In this document: positions 1 to 20,455 of the stretch, in pieces | Position numbering within the stretch: position 1 is the first letter of the stretch | How the letters are laid out: each line of letters begins with the position of its first letter | Origin: the human T2T-CHM13v2.0 reference genome, Homo sapiens | Assembly (NCBI RefSeq): GCF_009914755.1 | Contig: NC_060928.1 | DNA length: 64,000 nucleotides | Strand: one strand, 5' to 3' | Notes under the pieces: generated by a model | Seen by the model: only the letters and a program-made list of their open reading frames with translations | Told to the model about the DNA's origin: nothing | The model's database searches: none | Program-made: the position numbers and the translations under genes

Positions 1-28
1 AATGACTCATTTAAAAATAAAGAAATTA

Positions 29-322
29 GGTCGGGTGTGGTGGCTCACCCCTGTAATCCCAGCACTTTCGGAGGCTGACGCAGGTGGATCATGAGGTCAA
101 GAGATAGAGACCATTTGGCCAACATGGTGAAACCCCGTCTCTACTAAAAATAAGAAAAATTAGCCGGGCGAGGTGGCGGGAACCTGTAGTCCCGGCTACT
201 CAGGAGGCTGAGGCAGGAGAATGGCGTGAACCTAGGAGGCAGAGCTTGCAGTGAGCCGAGATCACGCCATTGCACTCCAGCCTGGGCGACAGGGAGAGAC
301 TCTGTCTCAAATAAATAAATAA
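29..322 (+). repeat. Alu (Y/Sc-like)
   Basis: Dimeric Alu with (taaa)n tail. Confidence 0.95.
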
Positions 323-445
323 ATGACAATGACAACAACAACTCATAACATTAGTAGTATCAGTGTACAAAACTATAAGACATATAAGTTGAAGTAAACT
401 ACATAGTTCTCTGTGAGTTGGGTACCAATATGAGAATATTATGGC

Positions 446-720
446 AGCAGTTCTCAAAGTGGTTCCCTTTCAGGAGGTTTGTGAGGTCAAAACTACTTTC
501 ATTATGATATCAGGTTGTTATTTGCTTTATAACTTTCAGTCTCTCACAAGTGTACAGTGGAGTTCTCCAGAAGCTCCATGATAGTTGATATGCATTTAAT
601 CACAACAGATTAAATGCATAAGCAGATATGAGAATCTAGCTGTATTTTCTTAACCCAGTTACTGAAATGTAAAACATGTTTTCTCAATGACGTTTTGGAG
701 CATATAGTTATTTTTCATAA
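446..720. mobile_element. hAT-Charlie fragment
   Basis: cagcagttctcaaagtgg..gaggtcaaaactactttcat terminus. Confidence 0.55.
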
Positions 721-1249
721 TAAAGAAAAAGTTATTTTTCATAATTTCAGAATAAAGAAGTATTACAGTACTTTCATTGCTGAAGGAAGCAGATTTTTCT
801 AGTCATGAAGAAACTCTACTGCAGAGCTTTAATTATCTCAGGGAAGTAGCTTCTATTTGTCCCATGCCTAGGACTGGGCTCCATCCCCAGTAGCTCAGTG
901 TGGGTACTCAGAGGCAGTAAGCAGTGGTCATAAACACGGGCTCAGGAGCCAGCTAAACCTGAGTTCAAACCTGAGCTCCACTGTTTTCAAGCAGTATGAC
1001 TTTGACAAGTTGCTATGCAATCTGAGTCTTCATTTCTAAGGGAAAATAATGTTTCCCTCATACATGAGATTAGACTAATGAGACAAGTCTAAATCAACTG
1101 GAAAATAAGAATTTTTATTAAGAATAAAAATATAAGAATAAAACATATGCAGTTGATAGTTGTGGTTATTAATAGGTATGATATAGTATCATATACCCAG
1201 GTGAGACGGAAATAAAAACAACATTTCTTTTAGGCTACAAGAAAGATTT

Positions 1250-1595
1250 ACACTTGGCTAGTCTGCATCCATGGGTTCTGCAATCACAGATTCAACCAAA
1301 TGTGAATTGAAAATACTTGGGGAAAAAAAAGATGGTTGCATCTATACTGAACATGTACAGGCCTTTTTTCTTGTCATTATTCCCTAAACTATACAATATA
1401 ACAACTATTTACATAGCATTTACATTATATTAGGTATTATAAGTAATCTAAGAATGGTTTAAAGAATATGGGAAGATGTGTGTAGGTCATATGCAAATAC
1501 TATGCCATTTTATATAAGGGACTTGAGCATCTGTAAATTTTAGTCTCTGCAGGGGTCCTGGAACAAATCCCCCATGGATACCAAGGGACAACTGT
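1250..1595. mobile_element. MER2-like TcMar-Tigger element
   Basis: ccatgggttctgc..gattcaacc and cctggaacaaatcccccatggataccaagggacaactg termini. Confidence 0.75.
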
Positions 1596-2068
1596 GTTTA
1601 GAAAGATTCAAATTCACTGTATTTTGATCAGGCAGCAGAGACAGTATGAAAATATTTATAATACTATCTTCATCCATTCACTAAACAAATATTTACTGAA
1701 TGGCTACTAGGTGGCAGTCATTATGCTTGGTGCTGAAGATACAGCAATGAATTAGCCCCTATTCTAACTAGATCTTAACAGTAGAATTCACATTCATAAT
1801 TGTTAATATATATAGAGGGCTCGGATATCTCTGTCTATTTAGGTGGTGAAAACAGAAAAGACAAAAGTAAGTTTTTCCAGGCAGTCCGTCAAAAGACAGA
1901 CTTCACGATTGTAAGCAACTTGAGGACAGAGCCCATATCTGTCTTGCTCACTATATTCTAAGGGTCTACTGCAGTGCATGGCACATTACAGACAGTTAAA
2001 GATCTTTTGAATTAATAATGAACAGTCGTAAAAGGGACATTTTGAAAATGGGGGCTGGTATTTCCTAC

Positions 2069-2128
2069 CTACTAAGAGTTTCACTTGATTTGCTTCCTTC
2101 AGTGGAGTCCCTCAACGAGTTGTTGCTT
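2069..2128 (-). CDS. CCDC158: CCDC158 coding exon (SNNSLRDSTE...SETLS-R)
   Basis: caacag acceptor, AG|gtagga donor, 60 nt, phase 2/2; gene continues beyond position 1. Confidence 0.92.
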
Positions 2129-3156
2129 CTGTTGGTAGAGGGATGGGAGAAATCACAGTTTAAATAATGTTATTTCCTTACCAATATAACAAAAGTTTGT
2201 GAGAAAAATAATGTATTCTTATGTAGGGTGAAATGGTATCATCTGACAGCTGGATAAATAAATCATAAACATTAACTTAATGATAAAATTGCTTCTCTCA
2301 ACATTACTTTTAGATAGATATGGATTCAAAAGAGTGAGAATGGGGCATTGGCTCTTCCAGGTGGAGGAAACAGAATGGAGAAAAAGCTTGAAGACAAAAA
2401 TAAATGAACTTTTGGGAATCAGGAGGAGTCTGGTTTGATTAGAGGATAATACAGGAGTGAAAGCAGAGTGGTCACAAGAGAGATTCGTGTGACCACTCTG
2501 GGAGATTCTTCAATGTCAGACTGAGGGACATGTACTTAATGCAGTAGGCAGTGAGGAGCTACTGAAGATTTTCAAGTAATAGCTATAGTGTCTTAAAGTA
2601 TGATAAATAATGAATTAACATTAGCCTTTTTTCTTTTTTGGCTAAAGTCAATTTTTGAAAGCTGTCTTTGATTATGGTCTTATTTGGAGTTATGGATTTC
2701 ATTTCTTTGTGCTTTTAAAATTTTTCATTTAAGAATTCAGCTATTCAATTATTGATGAAAATAGGATGGTTTTCAGTAAGGTGCTTATAGTCCTAAATTG
2801 AAGTTTTTACAGTTTCCTTCTGAATCATCCTTTTCTCAAAAGTTATGTAAGCCATTGTAAATATGTGTAAATGTAGAAAAAGTCTTCCATTTTTGATATG
2901 GCATACCATAATAATAGCTTCATATGGATAAACATCAGCAAATTTTAAAGAAAAAATGTCTATTGAGTTGATTTCTAGAAACTAAATTACTTCAGTACAT
3001 TTCACTGAAATCTTTCTTAAAGTCAGTTAAACAACGAACCCAATATGCCCATTAAGTGTCATGTAAACTTATGTCCAAACAGACTTCTCAAATTACAAGG
3101 CCACATATAAAATATTTGGACAATTAATTTGATTCAGAATCTCAGATTCTTCTTAC

Positions 3157-3216
3157 CTATGGCACATGTCTGATCTCAGGCTGGATTCAGTAATGCAATC
3201 TCTTACCCTATCCTCT
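3157..3216 (-). CDS. CCDC158: CCDC158 coding exon (EDRVRDCITE...SDMCH-R)
   Basis: atacag acceptor, AG|gtaaga donor, 60 nt, phase 2/2. Confidence 0.92.
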
Positions 3217-4746
3217 CTGTATAGAAAATATAACTCTCAGTTAATCATATAAAGCACAATTTCATCCATGTCTTTTTTAGACTAATCAATTGCTTACATA
3301 TATTCAATTTTTCTTTTAGTGACAGCTGTAGATTTTAGGCCTCCAAGCAAATTTTGCAAAGGGCTCTGGAGTTCATCGACAGAGAAATGCTTTCCTCCCA
3401 TGAATTCTTAAAAGCTTTACGCTGAGTTTAGGCTTTAGTGACAAGGACATTTATAGGATTATAGCAAATTAACATAAACTCTCTAAAGGTAGGGATCAAA
3501 TATATTCACGTTCAATACAGTCCAATAGCGTCCAAGCCCATCATTAGTGGCTGGAGTGGTGGAAGCTGATCAGGGAAGTCCTGGTAATCCCTCAGAATAA
3601 TCAGTGCTGGGAGCAAGGGTCTGTAACTTTTACTTCTGGCTTTTCCTCTGCTTCATAGGAGGAGGCATGTCAATATATGCCTAAGTTTACAAATCTGTCA
3701 AATAAGTGTAATAATACTGCCCTGGTTTGGAAGGCATATTATAGTTATGACAAAAATGAAAGTGCTCTGAAAATGAAAATGTTCGTTGGAGTGGCTAGTG
3801 GGACAGTTCTGACATTATGTGCTTCAGATAATGTAATGTTATGCTAAGGTAACTGGACTGTTACTAATGTTTTACTATTATTACTAATAATTAACAATTA
3901 GATAAACTCAGCTAATATTTTGCTACCTCAGGTAAATACGAATTGGACATCATAAGAAACTGGAGATTATTTATATATAGGTATCATTTCAGGAAGTATT
4001 ACTTTTAGGTATTTGTCATATAATCAGAAAATGAATATTACAATAATGGGCTATTATAACACTAAAATATATATACCATATTAAAATGCTTTAAGATAAG
4101 CTAAGCTAAATGATAACACAAAAAAGTAAAACCCACTCTCTGAAAGAATAGGAGACTCCCATTGTTGTCTGTAGCTATGTGCAAAGAAGGGCTGGTGAAC
4201 TGGCTAAATTCTTTTTGGATCTAATCTTTTACTAATATGATATAATCAAATCAAGTCATTGGCATGAATACAGAGAAAACGAAGTATTTCCTATTATCTC
4301 CTACTTGGAGAGTATATAGTTCTCAAGGTTCTAGTTTTATCTCCACCATTGAACTTGTGGCTGCAGACACGTCGACCTTTTGAGATGTGTTTTTCTCATT
4401 TACAAAATGGGATAAATAAACCCTGCTCTGCCTTGTCTCAATCAATAAGATTATGGATATAAAATCTTTTGAGAATTAAAATTTACAAACATAACTTTGG
4501 GTGACACCTTGCACTGGGTATTTTCTGAATAGAATGACTGTATTGTTTTCTCTTAGTGTCAAGTTGTTTTACATTTGCTTAACTCCTCCATTTTCATATT
4601 ATTTTCTGTGGTAGTAACTTCAGATACTTTTAAAGTCATTTAAACCTCACCCTCCCAGAGAGTAACATGTGAATAACTCAATGGCAAACCATTCAAGAGA
4701 TGAGCTTTCCCATTCTGTGTGCACACAGCCTTACACAGCCACATAC

Positions 4747-4892
4747 AAGGCTCCCAGAGATGTTCTTCCATCTTCCTCTGTCTTGCTCAGAGACACAGCT
4801 GGCTCCTCATTGATCACGCTTCTCAACTCTTGGAGAAGCTGTTTCAGGTCCCTTGTTGGATCTTCCTTCAGTGTGTTAGCTTTTGTAGAGTG
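4747..4892 (-). CDS. CCDC158: CCDC158 coding exon (HSTKANTLKE...TSLGA-L); alternative donor extends it to 4735
   Basis: aactcag acceptor; donors TT|gtatgt (146 nt) and GT|gtaagg (158 nt), both in frame. Confidence 0.92.
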
Positions 4893-6296
4893 CTGAGTTA
4901 AAACAATTTACAAAGACACTTATTTTTTCAGATTTCTATGCTATTTCCTATCACAAAATTAATGCAACTGGTAAACAGAAATTATGGAAAAGCAAGAAGA
5001 GGAAAACAAAAAAATCACCCACAAGCTTATTACACAGAGATAATCAATAATAACCAGGAAATAATCAATAGAGTACTATATCTAATTTATATGTGCATGG
5101 ACACATATACACATATGGGGCCAAACTACTTACATTTATTTTTAAACTACTTTTGTTTTAAAATTTTAACAATGTAGTATGAACATCCTTACTATGTCAT
5201 TAAATATTTTCAAGTACACCTGGACAAAATAACTTTCAATACTTTGTTTAAAGCTAAACTAATTTGATAAAGCAACAAAACCTGAGAATTAAGGAGCTAT
5301 TTAGAGATGAGTTAATCTACTCCCCACATCTTACTGATGAGGAAAGAAACATCCAATATTTTCAAACTGTGTTAGTTGGTGTTTAAGAATAATATGAGAT
5401 TTTCAGATTGATAGTGTACCCCAATAAATATTTATAATATAATAAGGAATACTGACATTTTCAATAGGCACATCAAGAGGGGAAACCAAATGATCAGAGT
5501 GCACTGGTGAGCAGGTAGACTCAGGCTATCCTTGAGCTATTCTAGCTGAAGGAGTCCATCCCACTGAAAAGTTACACCTGTCACACAGATTGGCTGCTGA
5601 GGGATGAACACTGCAGATTTTTTATTCACTGGGCTTTAATTTTCTAGGGTTTATGCCAACGAAGAGCTGATGTTACTGGTATAATATAATTCTCATATTC
5701 TCCTCTTCTCAACTCCACTAATAAACCAATATAATATCCAGCTGAAGATATGAGAGTTCCAACTCACTGAATGTGTGCTAAGTATGTCTTTCCAGTTTAC
5801 TGATGGCTATCTTACCTGGAAATTGTCATGATGAGTCAGTCTAAAGTTTCATAAATTAGACTCCACTCAATTATTAAATTTGACTTCATTTGCTTAAAAA
5901 TATAAGGATGTGAATCACTTTGTCAATTGTGAATAAAAACATTTGTCTCTAAAAAGATGATCCAATTTTACGAAACACTGGTTTTGTTCTTGCCCTCACG
6001 CTAATATGCATAATACCCAATATGGAATAAAACCTCATAAAGTTAATAAAGAAAAACTTATCCTATGGCAATATTCACTCACCTTAGTTATAACCTGGAC
6101 TTCTTATCTTCCCATCTTCTGCCCACCAGAAAGTTTATCAAATAAGCTTTGGCAATTATTGTTAAAATTTTTGAGCCATTGACATTTATTATAAGTGAGC
6201 AATGTAAAACCCATAAACATATATAAATATGTTGTTCTCCCCTGTCATTGTGGCACCTAGGTTCTTTGAGAGTGACTGATGCTTTACAATACATAA

Positions 6297-6596
6297 GGTT
6301 TTTTTGTTTTGTTTTGTTTTTTGAGACAGAGTCCCACTCTGTCACCTAGGCTGGAATGCAGTGACATGATCTCAGTTTACTGCAACTTCCATCTCCCAGG
6401 CTCAAGCAATCCTCCTGCCTCAGCACCCCCAGTAGCTGAGGACTACAGGCCTGCACCACCATGACCAGCTAACTTTTTTGTAGAATGGAGTTTTGCCATG
6501 TTGCCCTGGATGATCTCAAACTCCTGGACTCAGGCGATCCACGCATCTTGGTTTCCCAAAGTGCTGGGATTACAGGTGTGAGCCACTGTGCTGGCT
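6297..6596 (-). repeat. Alu (J-like)
   Basis: Reverse Alu with T-rich tail. Confidence 0.9.
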
Positions 6597-6624
6597 GACA
6601 TGAGGTTTGAAAAAGCATTCAATT

Positions 6625-6951
<327 letters not shown>

Positions 6952-7705
6952 TTAGAAATTAATTATAATCAGTCCTATGACATTCTTTTATTGACTTTAT
7001 CCCAATACTTACCTTTCAAACTTCTATGTGTGTTGCTCCTCCAGTGAAAATGTAAGCTCCACAGAGGCAAGGACTTGATTTGATCATCATTGTCTTTATA
7101 TATTCCATTACATATAACCCATAATTTGTTTGGGTATAAAACCACAAAAATATCAAGGCTGGAGGCGTCCTGAAAATCATTTGGTTCTAGTCCAACTCCC
7201 ATATCAAAAGTGATGAAGAATTCTCTCTACGGCATTCTAGTAATATGCTTATCTGGCCTTTGCTTGATCACCAAAGATCAAGGAAGGCAGTTTAATTTTT
7301 GTATAGCTTCAAATCTTTTAAAGAAAAGCTTCCCTCCATACCCATACACCTTCCAACCCTGGTCACAGTTCTAACACCTGGGGTCATAAGAAACAAGCAT
7401 AACATAACCTTGTAAAAATGATACTTATTTTATCCTACACTCATACACCCCCTCCTTACTTCCTGACACACACCTCAAGCTAAATGTTCTCAGGAAAATT
7501 CTGAGCAGAGCAGAGAACTGTCCCCCTTGCTTGATCTGGATGCTATCGTTGAAACCATTTTTGGTTGCCACACAATAACGCCGACTGAGACTGAGCAGGC
7601 AGTCAACTCAGAATCCTTATGTCTTTTCCAGAAGTTCTTAATAAGCTTCCTCTTCTGTGTCCTATACCTTGTATTTTTGGGTATTCACTACAACAATAGA
7701 AATGT

Positions 7706-8003
7706 CTTTTTTTTTCCTCTGAGACAGAGTCTCATTCTTTCACCCAAACTGGAGTGCAGTGATGCGATCACGGATCACTGCCGCCTTGACCTCTCAGGCT
7801 CAATTGATCATTCTGCCTCAGTCTCCTGAGTAGCTGAGACTATAGGTGCATGCCACCACACCCGGCTATTTTTGGGTTTTTTTGTATTTTTTGGAGAGAT
7901 GGGGTTTTGCCATGTTGGCCAGGCTGGTGTCCAATTCCTTGGCTCAAGCAATCTGCCCGCCTCGGCCTCCCAAAGTGCTCCCATGTGAACCACCATGCCT
8001 GGC
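7706..8003 (-). repeat. Alu (J-like)
   Basis: Reverse dimeric Alu. Confidence 0.9.
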
Positions 8004-8172
8004 CGATTTAAATTTTATTTAGTCAAAATTATCAATCTTTCTTTTTAATGTTTGCATAGCTTATAATGGTTTTATTAATTCATGTTAAATACTTCATTGG
8101 TTAATTCATAGGAAATATACCTTGATTTATAAAATGAGCAAAATACACTTTTTAAAATTAGAAAATAGCACT

Positions 8173-8480
<308 letters not shown>

Positions 8481-8618
8481 CTAGGAAATGGTTCTAAAAT
8501 ATAGTTTCATATAACTCTTATCAGGCTTGTAAAGAAATAAACACATGCTCTTCCTGAAGTTAGCAGAGCCCAACAAAGGATCCTGCTCTCCCCTACCCCA
8601 GTCCTTTGATCCTTAGAA

Positions 8619-11633
<3,015 letters not shown>

Positions 11634-12779
11634 CCTTAGGAGACACATTAAGGCTATTTCTAGGGCACATATATTTGCAGGGTAAAACTTGTACAGCTTT
11701 TTGTGCTATGGGAAGAATACAAGCTTATACATTAAGTTGTTAAGCTTAAGGTTTATTTTGTGGTTTGGTTAGTTTCCTATTACATTGTGACTCTGAAAAC
11801 ATTGACTCTGAAATCATTTTATGTTAGACTTGTTTCTAAAATTTTTCATAAATTATATCTTTAATGTACTTCTATCTTCTCCAATACTGTTTTTTCTAAT
11901 GGCCTTAAGTCTATTACAGGCAAACTTATGAGTCATCAGTCATGATGTAAGATAAGTGAGGCCTAGGGAGAGTGTACTCCTCAACCAGTTCTGTCTCCAT
12001 TCTCCAAAGATAGAAGATAAATGAAAAAGCTAAAAATAACAGCTTGATCTCATTCAGCTTGAATTCAACCATTCTATTTTGAGAATGTCTGCCCCAAACT
12101 CATCTCTTATATTTTAGAACATTGTAATAAAAATGGAATATAAGTATACCATTTACATAATATATTAGGAATAGATGGACAGGAAACAGGAAAAAAGTTA
12201 TGAAGCATTGCTAAAAATCTTGCCCACATCATGTATATTTCATTGGCAAAGATCAAGCACAGCAGTAACAAATTGTAGTGCATAGGAATAGAATCTGATA
12301 CACAACCAAAATCAATTCTATCATCCTAGATATATTTTATTTCTTATGTTAAAATAGCCTGTATTTGAAATATTAATCTAAAATGCTCCTATATCAAACT
12401 ATCAGTTACATATATGTGTATATGTATGTATATGTGTATGTGTGTACACACACAAAGATACAGTAATAACATGTTCTAGGTGTTTGAGTTTGGGCCAAAT
12501 CACATAATATTACTTTTCTGGTTTTCCTACTTTCTTACTTTTAACACAAGAAAATCACCTGGATAATTTCAACTGCCTTTGAATCTTTAAAACTCTATGA
12601 TCCTCATTCACAAAGACTAATGAAATACAATAATAGTTCATATAGGGTATCTATTTACGTCATCAACTTAAAATTATTTTTATAAACATCAATCAGCTGT
12701 ATAATGTAGAGAAACAGTACAGTATAATAATTAAGGACATAAGTTCTGGACTCAGGCTGTCTGGATAAGTCCTGCCGAA

Positions 12780-13062
12780 ATTATTACTATTATTATTATT
12801 TTTTTTTTGAGAGAGAGAGTCCTACTCTGCTGCCCAGGCACTGCAACCTCGTACTCATGGACTCAAGCAATCCTTCTGCCTCGGCCTCCTGACTAGGACT
12901 ACAAGCAAATGCCAACATGTCTGAATAATTTTTTTATTTTTTGTAGAGACGAGGTCTCACTACTTTGCCCAGGCTGGTCTCAAACTCCTGGTCTCAAGCA
13001 ACCCTCCAGCCTCAGTCCCTACAAAGTGTTGGAATTTCAAGCATTAACCACAGTGCCCAGAC
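12780..13062 (-). repeat. Degenerate AluJ inside a MIR
   Basis: Reverse Alu with (tat)n tail and an internal deletion. Confidence 0.8.
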
Positions 13063-13269
13063 TCAAGTGTCTTTTTGCTGTGTAAACCATGTGTAAGTCA
13101 CTTAGCTTCTTCAAGCCTCATTTCCCCTGTCTGTAAAACAGGTATAGTAATAGCACTTACCTCATGTTAAGTAGTTGTGGGAAATGAACTAATCTCCAAA
13201 GTACTTTGCACTGTGCCTGGCAAAGGAGTTTTCAGTAAATCTAAGCTATTATTAGAATTGTAAAATAAA

Positions 13270-14250
13270 GAGACTAAAATAAAGATAAATAATAAATGAA
13301 GGGGCAATGTAGAACAATGTAAACAGTAATATTCTGCTTATAACCTTGGCATTAATTTCTGTACTATCTTAAGCCCCACTAAAATGACACTAAAGGAATT
13401 AAGAAGGGTAAAGAGGAAAGGACAGATAATAATAGATTAGTAATGCTAACAAAATTTTGGGAGATGGCAGGCATATGGATAATTCATAATTAATTTAGCA
13501 AAATGAAGTTAAAACTTACAGTACCTGCACAGAAGCTGCCAATGTGAAGCAAGCTACCATGCCTCTGAGTATTCCAGGAAGGCTCACGAATTGGAAGTCT
13601 CATGTATTTCAAAGTCCAGGGTAAGAAACAGGGCAGCAAAATTGGAGGATTGGCTAAGTCTATAGGAGAAGCTGTTAGAATCCCAGAAGCTGTCTCCATA
13701 TACTCAGGTGATTACTCATTCTTTCCCCCTAAATGAATTTAGAGGCTTAATCTTTGGGTAAGGTTGAACCAAAGGACTTTGGACTCCATAGAGATATCTA
13801 TCTTGTATAGCAGGAGTAAGGTTGCAAATGTTAAATATGAGTATTAAGTGAGACTGCATAGATATATGTTAATAGTTACCCTAGACTTCCTCTCCCACTC
13901 ACGTCACAGAATTCTGACAGATTTATACCTATAAGTCAGGAATAAGAGATCCCTCTTTAGGGAAACTGATCAGCCCAAGAATAAAGACCTATAGAAAATT
14001 TTTGGGTCCTTCAATAAAAAAGCATTACCTAACCATCTACCAGTTGAAAAGCCCTGACAACCTTACATAAAGCTTTGGATAGCTTTTTAGGGCCTCAGTC
14101 TTAAATATGAATGGACATCCAAGGGTCACCAAGCATTAAAAGAAAGTCTACAAAAACAAAACAATGAATTCCAAGAAACATTAATAATTCAGGTAACACA
14201 AAAAATTATTTAAAAACCAAAGTTAATATCCTTAAAGAGAAGCAAGAAAG
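13270..14250 (+). mobile_element. Old L1M 5' UTR/ORF1 remnant; probably continues at ~18450-18640 and ~19310-19870
   Basis: A-rich decayed ORF1-like text, e.g. gatgggtttaatagattagactcaggtgaagggagaatta, on both sides of the younger L1PA. Confidence 0.55.
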
Positions 14251-14254
14251 TATT

Positions 14255-14555
14255 GGCTGGACATGGTGGCTCAAGCTTGTAATCCAAATAGTTTGGGAGG
14301 CCGAGGCAGGCGGATCACTTGAGACCAGCCTGGCCAACATGGCAAAACCCCATCTCTACTAAAAATACAAAAATTAGCCAGGTGTGGTGGCGGGTGCCTG
14401 TAATCCCAGCTACTCAGGAGACTGAGGCATGAGAATTGCTTGAACCCAGGAGACGGAGGTCACAGTGAGCCGAGATCATGCAACTGCACTCCAGCCTGGG
14501 TGACAGAGTGAGACTCCATCTCAAAAAACAAAACAAACAAACAAACAAACAAACC
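14255..14555 (+). repeat. AluS
   Basis: Dimeric Alu with (aaac)n tail. Confidence 0.9.
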
Positions 14556-15087
14556 AGGAAAGTGTTGTATCCATGAAAGAACGGAAAGCTACATAAAGAG
14601 AAGACTTTAGAAAACAACAAAAAATATGGGCAAAAGCTGGAAGCATTCCCTTTGAAAACTGGCACAAGACAAGGATGCCCTCTCTCACCACTCCTATTCA
14701 ACATAGTATTGGAAGTTCTGGCCAGGGCAATCAGGCAAAAGAAAGAAATAAAGGATATTCAAATAGGAAGAGAAGAAGTGAAATTGTCTTTGTTTGCAGA
14801 TGACATGATTGTATATTTAGAAAACCCTATCGCCTCAGCCCAAAATCTCCTTAAGCTGATAAGTAACTTCAGCAAAGTCTCAGGATACAAAATCAATGGG
14901 CAAAAATCACAAGCATTCCTATACACCAGTAATAGACAAGCAGAGAGCCAAATCATGAGTGAACTCTCATTCATAATTGCTACAAAGAGAATAAATTACC
15001 TAGGAATACAACTAACAAGGGATGTGAGGGACCTCTCCAAGGAAAACTACAAACCACTGCTCGAGGAAATAAGGGAGGACACGAACA

Positions 15088-16456
<1,369 letters not shown>

Positions 16457-16923
16457 AAAAGAGGACACAAACAAATGGAAAAATATTTGATGCTCATGGA
16501 TAGGAAGAATCAATATCGTGAAAATGGCCATACTGCCCAAACTAATTGGTAGATTCAATGATATCCCCATCAAGCTACCATTGACTTTCTTCAAAAAATT
16601 AGAAAAAACTACTTTAAATTTCATATGGAACCAAAAAAGAGCCCATATGGTCAAAACAATCCTAAACAAAAAAAACAAAGCTGGAGGCATCATGCTACCT
16701 GACTTCAACAATATAACAAGGCTACAGTAACCAAAACAGCATGGTACTGGTACCAAAACAGATATATAGACCACTGGAACAGAACAGAGGCTTCAGAAAT
16801 AACGCCACACATCTACAACCATCTGATCTTTGACAAACCCAACAAAAACAAGAAATGGGGAAAGGATTCCCTAATTTAATAAATGGTGTTGGGAAAACTG
16901 GTTAGCCATATACAAAAAACTGA

Positions 16924-17145
<222 letters not shown>

Positions 17146-17151
17146 TAAACT

Positions 17152-17442
<291 letters not shown>

Positions 17443-18639
17443 CTATCATCAGAGTGAACAGGCAACATACAGAATGAGAGAAAATTTTTGCAATCTATCT
17501 ATCTGACAAAGGGCTAATATCCAGAATCTACAAAAAACTTCAACAAATTTACAAGAAAAAAACAAACAATTCCATCAAAAAGTGGGTGAAGGATATGAAC
17601 AGACACTTCTCAGAAGAAGATATTTATGAGGCCAACCAACATGAAAAAAAGCTCATCATCACTGGTCATTAGAGAAATGCAAATCAAAACCAAAATGAGA
17701 TACCATCTCATGCCAGTTAGAATGGCGATCTTAAAAAGTCAGGAAAAAACAAACGCTGGAGAGGATGTAGAGAAATAGGAATGCTTTTACACTGTTGGTG
17801 GAAGTGTAAATTAGTTCAACCATTGTGGAAGACAGTGTGGCAATTCCTCAAGGATCTAGAACCAGAAACACCATTTGACCTAGCAATCCCATTACTGGGT
17901 ATATACCCAAAGGATCATAAATCATTCTGCTATAAAGACACATGCACATGTATGTTTATTGCGGCACTATTCACAATAGCAAAGACTTGGAACCAACCTA
18001 AATGCCCAGCAATGATAGACTGGATAATGTGCCTGGATAGACTTTATCCAGTCTATCCAGGCACATGGCACATACACACCATGGAACACTATGCAGCCAT
18101 AAAAAAGGATGAGTTTATGTCCTTTGCAGGGACATGAATGAAGCTGGAAACCATCATTCTCAGCAAACTAACACAAGAACAGAAAAACAAACACCGCATG
18201 TTCTCACTCATAAGTGGGAGTTGAACAATGGGAACACATGGACACAGGGAGGGGAACATTACACAATAGGGCCTGTCAGGGTGTGAGGGGCTAGGGGAGG
18301 GATAGCATTAGGAGAAATACCTAATGTAGATGACGGGTTGATCGGTGCAGCAAACCACCATGGCACATGTATACCTATGTAACAAACCTGCACGTTCTGC
18401 ACATGTATCCCAGAAGTTAAAGTATAATTTTTAAAAATTAAAAAAAGAAACAAAATCGCCTAGAACCCAAAATTATCTCTGTAATTTTTTCACATACAGT
18501 GTCCAGACTCAATTATTTAAAGAGGAAGCAAAGAGACCAAACAACAAAGTGACTAGAAACCAAGGGAAAAAATCGACACAGGCTCGGAGGGGATTCAAAT
18601 CATATAATTATCATGTGCCAATTTTTAAAACAGTTATTT

Positions 18640-19308
<669 letters not shown>

Positions 19309-20056
19309 CTTAACAATACAAAAAAGTAAAAGATAATATTGAGAATTTCTGTAAAGAACTTGTTAAAAAACATGAATTAAATGGAAATCTAGTACTAAAT
19401 ACCACAATTTCTAAAATGAAGAACTTAATTGATGGGTTTAATAGATTAGACTCAGGTGAAGGGAGAATTAATTATCTGGAAAATAGGCCAGGAAAGCACA
19501 GAGAGACAAAAGGATGGGCAAAAGTGTAAAGATATAAAGACATATAAGGCATGATGAATAAACAATTAATACGTGTGTTAGAGTCCCAGAGGGAAAAAAG
19601 AAAATAGAGAAAACAAACTGAGTAGATAAGGGATGAAAATTTTCTCAAATTGATGAAGATTTCAATCCATGCATCAGGAAGACCACTACCCTTAAGAAAG
19701 ATAGATATAAAGACCAGCACATCTAGGCACATGATAGGCAAACTGTTATACACCAAACCAAAGAGAAAATCTTGAAAACAGTCAGAGAAAAAACTACCTC
19801 CAAAACAGCAACAACAAGATTTACAATTGACTTATCAGTGGAAGTAATGGAGACCTGAAGACAATGTTCTACAGTGAATTCATTCATCTATGAGATAAAT
19901 ATTTATTGAATATATGCTAGACACTGTTATAGGTACTTGGGAAACATCAGTGAACAAAACAAAGAATGAATATTACTTTTATTGTGTAAAATTATATAAT
20001 AAACATTTTTAAGAGAAGGAATTAATTGTATAAAGCATGTCTGACAGTATATTTTA

Positions 20057-20455
<399 letters not shown>

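Noticed and set aside
144-457. ORFs of the [14 protein letters not shown] / LSPRLECNG type here and throughout
   Set aside because: Translations of Alu sequence, not genes
5810-6125. Strong minus-strand donors (CAG|gtaaga near 5815, AAG|gtgagt near 6082) as hidden exons
   Set aside because: No convincing paired acceptor with an open, phase-compatible frame; isolated donors are expected by chance in a 17-kb intron
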